A DNA stretch of 64,000 nucleotides from Paludibacteraceae bacterium (GTDB lineage: Bacteria > Bacteroidota > Bacteroidia > Bacteroidales > Paludibacteraceae), in the NCBI GenBank assembly GCA_024401555.1, contig JAKSKV010000014.1, forward strand, positions 14,442-78,441, written 5' to 3'. The position numbers and the translations under genes are program-made. A model generated the notes under the pieces. The model searched no databases. It had not been told where the DNA came from and worked only from the letters and a program-made list of their open reading frames with translations. Shown here in pieces: positions 17,109 to 26,100 of this stretch (positions within the stretch are counted from its first letter, which is position 1; every line of letters begins with the position of its first letter).

Positions 17109-18551
17109 TTATGCGATAATAATGTCTGGGTCTGGCACGAACTGGCTCAAAGGCTTGATGTTAGTTGCCTCCGTAGTCCACACCATGTCTGCCTGATACT
17201 CGCTTACCAAGTTGTCTGGCACATACAGGTCACCTACAATAGCACGACCATTAGTTAGAGTAACCTTTGTTGTGCTTCGCAATACCATCGTGTTAAGATG
17301 ACCATTCTTGGTACCAGCTGCTTTTGGGAATGATATTGCTGAAATCTTATCACCTATGTCATAAGTAATGCCATCAACTCCATTTGCGCCTGGTTGTTCC
17401 CAATTTGTATTGATGTAATAATATTTACTTTGTGCGCCAAGGCTAATACTAACATTTCCTTTGTTTTTATACTTAGGCAATGACAACTTATAAGGAGAAC
17501 CGCCAACAATATTACCTGAATTGTACCATTCGTCTGCATTAAGGAAGTTTAGCACAGATTCGCTGAGAGAGCAATTATAGAATGCTCCACCACTTACTAT
17601 CTTCACATTCTCAACGCCTTTAAGTTTGGTGAGTGACGTACAATTATTGAACGCACCTACGCTCCCAGCGCTTGGTTGTGGACCGCCACCGATTTCGATT
17701 ACACTAATCGGCAATGTAACCTCTGCAAGTGATGTACAGCCACAGAATGCCTCGTTAGGTATTGAAGTCAATCCTGTGAAATACTTAAGCTCATTGAATG
17801 ACGTAATACTTGTATTGCCCTTGAATGTAGTACCAAACTGACTTGATGTAACAGCAGCAGCCTGTGATGTGGTTATCTCTCCACCGCTACCCCAATTAGA
17901 TGTCACGATAGCCTTGACAGCAGGGTCAGCGAACTCGATAGTCTGGTCTACATAGGTCACGCTGATTGTCTTTTCACCATATACACTTGGCTTGTCTGTA
18001 CTTGTGTATCGAACGGTGACGCTTGAATTGTTTGCACCACTCTTCACGGTCAGCTTACCATCCTGCGCGATACTTGCGTACGAACTGTCGTTAGTGATGC
18101 TCCATGTACCAGTCTTGAACGATGAGTTAGATGGGTCGAGCGTGCGAGTAAACTGATACTCGTTAGTTCCAGTCTTGCTGCTGCTGACCGTGATGCTGTT
18201 AAGCTCATCCACGGAATCCTTGTAAGTAAGTCCAGTAAGGTTCAGTGTAGCATTCACGTCTGCCTTATGAATGCTAACAGCCTTCACTGTCACACTCGCA
18301 TTGCTCGCACCTTCCAGAACAGTAAGCACGCCATTGCTGATTGCAGCATACTGACTTCCACTTGTAATGCTCCATGACACGCCCTTCTGGTTAGTGTTCG
18401 ATGGCTGATAGGTAACATTGATAGGAATGTCATTGCCATTGCGAACTCCTGCGCTCAATGAAATACCTGTAACTTCTACGTCCTGCAAGAAATCCACCTT
18501 GCCTACATTTGACTGCGAAAAATCGCAATCCACAACTATTGCTACTCCCAT
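17109..18551 (-). CDS. receptor-binding / tail-fibre protein: 2 x Big_2-like Ig domains plus BspA-type leucine-rich repeats
   Basis: Two segments of the form VTYQPSNTNQKGVSWSITSGSQYAAISNGVLTV...VTVKAV. LRR_5-like motifs AFCGCTSLAEVTLP, FNNCTSLTKL, GAFYNCSL. Confidence 0.65.
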   Translation of the reverse strand: MGVAIVVDCDFSQSNVGKVDFLQDVEVTGISLSAGVRNGNDIPINVTYQPSNTNQKGVSWSITSGSQYAAISNGVLTVLEGASNASVTVKAVSIHKADVNATLNLTGLTYKDSVDELNSITVSSSKTGTNEYQFTRTLDPSNSSFKTGTWSITNDSSYASIAQDGKLTVKSGANNSSVTVRYTSTDKPSVYGEKTISVTYVDQTIEFADPAVKAIVTSNWGSGGEITTSQAAAVTSSQFGTTFKGNTSITSFNELKYFTGLTSIPNEAFCGCTSLAEVTLPISVIEIGGGPQPSAGSVGAFNNCTSLTKLKGVENVKIVSGGAFYNCSLSESVLNFLNADEWYNSGNIVGGSPYKLSLPKYKNKGNVSISLGAQSKYYYINTNWEQPGANGVDGITYDIGDKISAISFPKAAGTKNGHLNTMVLRSTTKVTLTNGRAIVGDLYVPDNLVSEYQADMVWTTEATNIKPLSQFVPDPDIIIA

Positions 18552-18553
18552 AT

Positions 18554-20854
18554 TTACTTATAGTCTAAAGTTATTATATCTCGTTTTGTTCCGAAGTAAT
18601 CACGATCGCTACCGACCTTCATGAAGGTCACTTTCTGCACGTTGGTATCAACCGTAATGTAGCAAACACTTGAATAAGTCTTACCTTCCACAAGGTGAGT
18701 GTTGCTGCCGCCAATCCCAGGTCGAGTAGAGTCGTAATATATCTGCTCTGGATAATTTGTCAGCCATCCGAGGAAATCAAGATGTCCATGCCCGCCAAGC
18801 CAACATACGAAATGGCCAGCATTACTGAAAGTTCCACTGAATGTATTGCCATCATAGGTCAAATTGTAACTTGACGCACCTTTGAATGACTCTACAAGTG
18901 ATGAAAGAATAGATAACGCCTTTACGGACGAACCATTGCCATCAGTCCAACTCTTTACATACTCGCAGTTCTTCATATTCTTATAAGTGTACTTTGATTC
19001 ATCTGGCGAATGGTGGGCCACACATACAACATGAAGATTCTTGCTTGCGGCATCTTCCAACTGAGCGATAAACCAATCTATCTGTCCTTTCGACATACCT
19101 TGTGTTTCGCTCGACTGATTCTCCACATCGTAGAAATCGAGTACAATCAACTTGACCGTAGGATAATCCACGTTGAAGTATGTGTGCTGCGGACTCACTC
19201 CATTATGAGCATTTATCTCGCTGTCATTGTAGAAGAAATTATATCTCTCCGCAATGTTAGTGCTGCCAGTAACATCGTGGTTGCCCATAGCGTAGAAGCA
19301 AGGCTTTGTCATGGCGAGAATCTGGTCTTTTGTCCTTTTCCAGTCTTTCTGTCTGTTGGTCGCATCGCTACCCCAATAGCCACCGAGCATATCTCCACCG
19401 ATTACCACGCACTTTGCTGCTGTATTATCAGCCACAACGTCTGCATATCCGATAGAGCCGCCATGATTATCAGCCGTGTAAACAAAAGAGAATCTGTTAT
19501 TGCCCAATCGGGTCGAGTTGAGAGCATATTTTATCAGATATACCTGCTCTTGGCAATACTGACCAATAACACCGAGGTTGGCATCTGCTGTTTTGAGTGC
19601 ATTTACATCCTGCGTATTCTGCTGAATCTGCGATGTCAATGCAGCCAATGTACGCGCTGCCTCCGTTGCGTCAGAAAGGCCTTGTAGCGTAGCGATGGCA
19701 TCCTTCGCATTCTTGGCATCGGTCTTTGCCTGCTCCGACAATGTAACAGCCTCATTAGCCACAGCCGTGACAGCCGAGATAGCCGAGAAGATAGCACTAC
19801 CTACAACAGCATTCTGTCCGTCAGCAGTCACATAGTTATCAAGAACAATCTTCGATGCAATTCCAGCCTCGTTGAGTACATCAATGGCGTGTTGGCTAAT
19901 CTTGGCAAAGTCCAGTCCATCCTCCCCGTAAGTCATGCCAGCGTAGCCATCACCATCAGTTACAGCCCACACTCTCTGCTCAATCTCCGCAATAAGGCTG
20001 CTCGACACCTTGACAACCGCTTGAATGAGTGCAATCAAATGCGAAGAAAGTTTTGCTGCATCCAGACCATTCTCGTCGTACTTCATTCCGACGTTACCAT
20101 CCTTGTCTGAAACAGCAAAACCATCCTGCGAAATCATGCGAAGAATTGATTTAAGCTCACTTAGTTTCTGGGCTAAATCATTAATGTCAGCCTCGTTCTT
20201 AATGACCTTAGCATCCGTCGTAGTGCTTCCCGCTGGCAGTGCTGCAATGGCATCGCGAATCTGCTTCATGTAAGCCTCAACGGCAGTAGTGTCACCGGCA
20301 GGGCCTACTGGGCCTTGCTCTCCTGGGTCTCCCTTATCACCCTTATCGCCATCCTTTCCGTCAGCACCCTTCGGGCCTTTGAACTCGCCGACGTCCTTAT
20401 ACTTCCCGTCAAGCGCATTACCTCCAGTGCCTACATATACATAGAGGTGTGTGCCGATAATCCATCCAATCGTTTGCTGCTGAGCCGTAGGCAACGCAGG
20501 TAAATCCGACACCGAGCCGACTGTCTTGAAGCCACTGACGGCTCCAGCTACGCCATCAATAACCTCTTGCAAATTTCTGATAGCATCGCCAACAACCTTA
20601 GCGTCGGCCAGTTTGCCCTTCTTTTGCAGATTATCGTCAAACGCAGACGAATTGATATCGCTCTCGATGATAGTGCCTGGAGCGATCTTGCCAGTTGTTA
20701 CTGCATTAGGGCCGATTTTCGGGCCAGTAATTGCGCCTGAAGGGATAGCATCAGGCTTGATACCTCCACTATCGCATATTTCTTCAAGACGATCTATAGC
20801 ATCGTCCACCTGTGTAGTCGAATGCCTAAGTTTCTTTTCTTTTTGCTCTTCCAT
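18554..20854 (-). CDS. tail-fibre protein with collagen-like repeat and C-terminal calcineurin-like metallophosphoesterase domain
   Basis: GPKGADGKDGDKGDKGDPGEQGPVGPAG (nt 20294-20377). Phosphoesterase motifs TADNHGG, GGDMLG, GNHD, VCVAHH, GGHGH (about nt 18557-19501). Confidence 0.75.
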   Translation of the reverse strand: MEEQKEKKLRHSTTQVDDAIDRLEEICDSGGIKPDAIPSGAITGPKIGPNAVTTGKIAPGTIIESDINSSAFDDNLQKKGKLADAKVVGDAIRNLQEVIDGVAGAVSGFKTVGSVSDLPALPTAQQQTIGWIIGTHLYVYVGTGGNALDGKYKDVGEFKGPKGADGKDGDKGDKGDPGEQGPVGPAGDTTAVEAYMKQIRDAIAALPAGSTTTDAKVIKNEADINDLAQKLSELKSILRMISQDGFAVSDKDGNVGMKYDENGLDAAKLSSHLIALIQAVVKVSSSLIAEIEQRVWAVTDGDGYAGMTYGEDGLDFAKISQHAIDVLNEAGIASKIVLDNYVTADGQNAVVGSAIFSAISAVTAVANEAVTLSEQAKTDAKNAKDAIATLQGLSDATEAARTLAALTSQIQQNTQDVNALKTADANLGVIGQYCQEQVYLIKYALNSTRLGNNRFSFVYTADNHGGSIGYADVVADNTAAKCVVIGGDMLGGYWGSDATNRQKDWKRTKDQILAMTKPCFYAMGNHDVTGSTNIAERYNFFYNDSEINAHNGVSPQHTYFNVDYPTVKLIVLDFYDVENQSSETQGMSKGQIDWFIAQLEDAASKNLHVVCVAHHSPDESKYTYKNMKNCEYVKSWTDGNGSSVKALSILSSLVESFKGASSYNLTYDGNTFSGTFSNAGHFVCWLGGHGHLDFLGWLTNYPEQIYYDSTRPGIGGSNTHLVEGKTYSSVCYITVDTNVQKVTFMKVGSDRDYFGTKRDIITLDYK

Positions 20855-20859
20855 ATAGC

Positions 20860-21030
20860 TTATCTTTTCACTAAAAGTTTGTAACCATCACAATCTACAA
20901 TAGTATACCCATCAGCATCCTTGAGCGTATACGGTATTATTTCTTGGTCTCCACCCTGAGATCCGTTTGGGAGTCTCGCATTCACAACCCTTGAACGAAT
21001 GCTATATCTATGGGTTCTTGATTGTTTCAT
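20860..21030 (-). CDS. 56-aa protein sharing the DADGY-x-I-x-D-x-x-G motif with the adjacent fibre
   Basis: ATG 21030 lies 2 nt after the upstream stop. LKDADGYTIVDCDGYKLLV compares with LTDADGYRIRDSEGNLILV in ORF 21299..22921. Confidence 0.4.
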   Translation of the reverse strand: MKQSRTHRYSIRSRVVNARLPNGSQGGDQEIIPYTLKDADGYTIVDCDGYKLLVKR

Positions 21031-21032
21031 AA

Positions 21033-21302
21033 TCAGTTTGCTTCTGTTATTTCTCCATACGTTGGCTGTTCTGTCGACGTGATACGTATTGTCTTTGGCC
21101 AGACGCATCCATCGAAGTCGTCGTCTACGACATCAACATTACGATATGCATGAACAACCGCGAATTTTGTACCAGAAGTATTGTGCGACACAATGATAAT
21201 GCTTGCCATTTCGCACTCAACCTTGACATTGTAGTCATCGTTGACTTGCTGTTTTGCAACCCACAAATCTCCTTCTTTCTCGAAATTCAATCTCATAGTC
21301 AT
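21033..21302 (-). CDS. hypothetical protein
   Basis: 89-aa ORF; 4-nt overlap with the upstream gene. Confidence 0.45.
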   Translation of the reverse strand: MTMRLNFEKEGDLWVAKQQVNDDYNVKVECEMASIIIVSHNTSGTKFAVVHAYRNVDVVDDDFDGCVWPKTIRITSTEQPTYGEITEAN

Positions 21303-22921
21303 CTACCTTTAAGGGTTTGTATCTCTTGTTCTAATTCTCTAACTTTTCTTGCAAGGCTTACGACGGCAACCATAGCTGCTTCTGCGTATTTCATTCTAAG
21401 ATATCCATCAGAACCTTTGTCGACTGACTCTGGCAATATGTTTTCCCAATATTGTGCGATAGTTCCTACAAGCCGCTTATTCTCGCTTCCTATTAAATTG
21501 AACGTGTGGAGCGGTGCGTCAGCTATCGAATCAACAGGAAGTACTATATCGTTCAAATTCTCCTTAAGCCTTCTATCTGACAAGACAGGTGTTCCGCCTA
21601 CGTTTTCGCTCGAATCGCACGTAGCCTGAGGCGAAGCTCCACATATACTCTTTGAGGTGATCTCAACTTGCTTTGTGGTTTTGACGGCTCCTGTGCCCTC
21701 AACGGACGTTACCACGATTCCTCCCTTGTGTATCGTTATACCTCCATCGCCCGTCTCATCCTTGATAGTGATGTTTCCATCTTTTATGGTTATTCCGCCA
21801 AGAGAAATCTCATCTTTTATCTTAGACAGCTCGTCTGAAAGGCTTTCCCTGTCGATCTTGCCTGCTATGTCCTTGTGTAGTTGCTCATAGCCATAGTCTG
21901 CGATAAAAGAGACAGAACACTGCCTTGTAGTTTTGACACCGTTTATGTCGCACGTTATGCTGCATGTGAGAATCGGATCGTTCTTCTTGAGTACAGTCCC
22001 TTTCGGAACGTATATAAGTATCTCCGAGTCGCCATCCATTTCAGCGTTGCAGCCATCAGCAGTGACGATATCAGAAACGGATACTTGGACAGGGACATCT
22101 CCGCTAAATCCGAAAGGCGAAACGGATGCCTCGAAGTCGTCGAAAACCGTCACGGAATTATCGAGTCCCCTTGTACATGCAATATTGAATGATGTTTCCG
22201 ACAAGCCTAATTGCAATGCACTACCAGCAACGACAACATATTCGTCTTCTCCGTCTTCTCCTACCAGGATAAGATTTCCTTCCGAATCCCTTATTCTGTA
22301 ACCATCAGCATCGGTCAGATAGAACGTCAAGCTCCAGTCTATGATAAATGGTCTCTTGTAGCTACCGCTCTTGTTGATGCATTGATATGTAACACCGTCG
22401 CAACTTACCATTCCAAGATACGGCACGAACATCCCGTCTTCCCACTCACCTACATTCACGATGCCATCGCCCTGCTCACCCTTGTTTGCACCATTGATTG
22501 TAAGCACCTTGCTGATGGTTCCTCTTGAGCAGATGCCGGTGATAGTTATTACGAGCGGGCTGCTGAGATCGTACCCTTTTGCAAGATTGATGTTCACACT
22601 GCCCGTCTTTGCATCAGTCTTTGCAATCTCCGGATGGTTGGTAATAAGCGAGTTGAGGCTCAAAGGGCTTGTTCCAGAATATACGGACATCTTGGTTAGC
22701 ACGATCGTAGACGTAATCACCTTACCGTCAGCGTCAGTGCTAATAGTCTGAGACTCATTCGACAGAGTAGCCGAGAATGCATCCTCTCCAGGTTCAGAAC
22801 CAGGAATGTCGCCAGAGTTGATGGCATCGATTATCTCGTCGATCTTCCGCAACGCCGCATTCATAATAGATGATGCTGCAGGAGATTTGTACCCTATCTG
22901 CGTGTTTAACTTCTGTATCAT
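21299..22921 (-). CDS. tail fibre/spike with C-terminal intramolecular chaperone (peptidase S74-like) domain
   Basis: C-terminal LSDRRLKENLNDI...TFNL...VGTIAQ...LP..V.....GYL...Y then a coiled coil. Predicted self-cleavage at the Ser of SDRRLK (nt 21578-21580). Confidence 0.75.
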   Translation of the reverse strand: MIQKLNTQIGYKSPAASSIMNAALRKIDEIIDAINSGDIPGSEPGEDAFSATLSNESQTISTDADGKVITSTIVLTKMSVYSGTSPLSLNSLITNHPEIAKTDAKTGSVNINLAKGYDLSSPLVITITGICSRGTISKVLTINGANKGEQGDGIVNVGEWEDGMFVPYLGMVSCDGVTYQCINKSGSYKRPFIIDWSLTFYLTDADGYRIRDSEGNLILVGEDGEDEYVVVAGSALQLGLSETSFNIACTRGLDNSVTVFDDFEASVSPFGFSGDVPVQVSVSDIVTADGCNAEMDGDSEILIYVPKGTVLKKNDPILTCSITCDINGVKTTRQCSVSFIADYGYEQLHKDIAGKIDRESLSDELSKIKDEISLGGITIKDGNITIKDETGDGGITIHKGGIVVTSVEGTGAVKTTKQVEITSKSICGASPQATCDSSENVGGTPVLSDRRLKENLNDIVLPVDSIADAPLHTFNLIGSENKRLVGTIAQYWENILPESVDKGSDGYLRMKYAEAAMVAVVSLARKVRELEQEIQTLKGR

Positions 22922-22933
22922 GTCTTTTAATTG

Positions 22934-23122
22934 TTATCCCCAAACTTTTGTATCCCAGCTGTCAACATCCCAAATCATGACGTCGCTATGATTAACGTCC
23001 ATCTTCCTCAGGACCTGCATGAGGGTGTTGACGGAACTATCAGTCATTCCACCTGAGTCCTGAATGCCTGACAACCTGAATGTACCGTCAGACGAGCTTC
23101 CGGTTACGTGTATCTTTTTCAT
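22934..23122 (-). CDS. hypothetical protein
   Basis: 62-aa ORF overlapping the upstream gene's stop by 4 nt. Confidence 0.4.
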   Translation of the reverse strand: MKKIHVTGSSSDGTFRLSGIQDSGGMTDSSVNTLMQVLRKMDVNHSDVMIWDVDSWDTKVWG

Positions 23123-26100
23123 TCCGAGAATGCCTTAAACGAGAAACAGCACTTGCTTACCAAGACCCAGTCTCCTTTGAAGTTGATAAGCTCAATAACA
23201 CCTCCGTCAAACTTGATCGTTTTTGCGCCGCTATATGCGCCCATACCATGATCTTCTTCGAACTCGTCCGGATGGATTCCGGTTATGCGTCCCTCGTCCT
23301 CCACGATTACAATGGCTCCGTGAGTCGATGATTTTGGGTCAAACATACCTGCACGTATTATCATTCGCCTTCCGTCATGTTCTTCACCGACAGGAAGAGT
23401 AAGCGTATCGAGATGTCTTGGATCTCCAGAAAGGGTATATGTTTCGGTAAGTCCTATATTGTCATACCTGGCCGCAGCATTAGCCAATGTTTCAGTTCTT
23501 GCTTTGAAGTAGGCATCCATGTCTTCGAAGCCTTCTTCTGTATACTGCTCATACAGAGAATTCTGCTCGGCGAGTATATCTTCGTCGTCCATATACTTTG
23601 TTATGACTCTCAGCCTTCCGCTGAACGTGGCATCCTTTCCGAGAATCTCATCTACAGCAAGGAGGTTTGTCTTTATGAATCCACCGAGAATCGTCGATTC
23701 GCCATCAGAGATGCTCTTCCAAAGCTTCTCAAGCGTCATGCCTTCGACAGCGATTGCTTCATTGTATTTATCAATCCCCATGAACGTCTGGAGTACGAAC
23801 ACTTTTAGAATTTCTAGAAGCTCGCCCGTCTTCTGGTACTCGTCAAGAGCTTCCTTAAGAGCCTTCAGTTCGTCGTTTAGACCTCCTTCGCCATTGATCT
23901 GGTTATCGAGGCCATCCTCGCCATTGAGCTGTTCATCGAGATTGTCGATCTGATCTCCGATTCCTCCTTCGCCATTGAGCTGATTGTCGAGTTCTTTGAT
24001 GGCTTTGTTTATGCCATATGAAGCGGAGTTGATCCAATCGTAGATTGCCGCCTTGAACGTAGTATAGCCCTCAATGTCAATCTGATCTGCCTTAAGCCTG
24101 ATTCCGCTTTTCAGGAAGCCGTATCCGTTTGCATCAACTGCATCGAAGATAAACGTTGACAACGTCGCCTTAGCAATAGCATTGCCGTTTTCATCCCATA
24201 CCTCAGAGAACACCGATGCAAAATCAGACCTTGAAACGAAACCGCTACCATATACTTTATCGAACTCATCGTGCGCCCAAGTAGACAAAGCAGCGTAATC
24301 GCTCTCGACCTTAAGCAGAGATGCCCTTATATCACCCATCTGCATGAACTCGTTGTACATGTTCTCGATCTGAGCCTGTAGCTGCTCATCAAGGTTTCCT
24401 AGCTCAACGTGTCCCATGAAGTCGATGGAGTATGCGGTAAGCAGCTTCCTGAGATCGCAGTAGCAGAGGTAGTACAGCCTCATGATCTCGTAGAAGGTCT
24501 TGTTCCCGGCCTCGAATCTCACGGCTCCACCATCCTGTCCGTACATAGGATTATACTTGCTGCTCTGACGCAGGTAGTAATACTGGCCTATGAGGACATA
24601 AGTACCGAAGTTCTCCGGCTTTGTCGTCGTGTTGCTTGGTAGTCCGAACTGATTCACCATCCACCAGTATACAGCTCCGTATACCTGAGTCAGGTCATCA
24701 CATGCGCTGTTGATGTCGAGATTGCCGCTCTGCCTTGGATTGGTTGCCTCAATGAGTATGGCCGAGTACTCTGTCTGTATCTGAACCCACTTGTCCCACA
24801 TCGTGCTCATCTCCTGACGAGTGATGACATCGTCGCTTGCCATGTCCTCGAGAGTGTCAAGAGAGTCATTCGCCTTGGATAGAGCCTGCACAAGATAGAC
24901 ATCAGCGATAATGAACCATCCGTAGCCAATCTTTGCATCATACTGGAACCTGTAGTAGACTCCGTCTTTTGTTACTGCAACATCTCCTGGCTCAGAATGG
25001 ATTGGATAGCTATCTTCAGTCCATGACTCCTCAACATCAGGCCATCCTTCAGTACCGAGAGCAACTGGGCTTACATATCTGTCAACGATGTCTGCGGACT
25101 CATCAGAACCTTCCTTGACCGGAGCGTCGACATCGAGTGTGTAGATGTCAAAGTTCTTCGACATGGCATCACCAACATCAGTTGCTCCGATGGTAAGCGA
25201 CTTGACCCACAATTCAGGCTCGTCATCCAATTTGATGAACGGCTTCGTCATCTCGTAGGTGACGACGTTCTTCCACATGTATATGTACGGAGCACCTCCA
25301 CCAGCACCGGCGATAACGATGATGGTTGTTCGTCCTGGCAAACCGAGTGTGTTGCCGCACTGGACTACGTCATCGCCAGCAGCAGGATCGCATGCAGCAA
25401 TCATGTCGAAATCGTTCTCTGGATTCATGGCAAGAAGCTTGTCAAGCGGAGCAAGTATCTTGTCCTTCGTAGCACCCTTGTTTATGCGAATGGCGTTGTA
25501 CCCAGACTGATAACCTGCTTCGCCGCTCTCTATAACTGCGTCGACGACGAACTTGTATGCCCTGTTCGATGTCTTGCCGGTAACAGGGTCTTTCTTCAGG
25601 TTGCCTGTCTGGCAGTACACGATATCACCTCGCTGCCACAGATTGTCTACAAGCCTTCCGTCAGAGTCTTCTGCCTTGAAATAGATAATATCTCCAGCAA
25701 CGTGGTCGATAACTCCATTGGCAGCACTCAGCATGATCTGACCACCAATATGGCTGACCTTCTGAATCTCTACCTCGGTAAATGTTGCCTTATAGCGGAC
25801 ATTGAGCATGTCCGTATTGATGTACCATAAGCCCGAATTAGGGTCTTTGTAGATGCCGATGCCACTCTGCTGAGAGTAGTTCCTGCTCTTCAATCCCTTG
25901 TCCCCAAGGTACGACTGTCCATTGAGCGTTACTCCGGAGCTGAAGGTGATGTGGCCTCTTGCAACGTCGTTGCTGACACGGCTGATATACTGGCCGTTGC
26001 CTGTGTAGTTTACAGGAAGGAGTGAAGGAGCGACCGTTCCATAAGTCATGAATCCCTCTACGTAATTTCCTGTTGACAGCCCGCTGCTCGAGTTGAGTTT

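Noticed and set aside
16967-18551. Integrase acting as an invertase for a tail-fibre shufflon
   Set aside because: I could not find inverted repeats flanking the fibre gene or alternative fibre cassettes. The adjacent Xis-like gene favours an integration/excision role.
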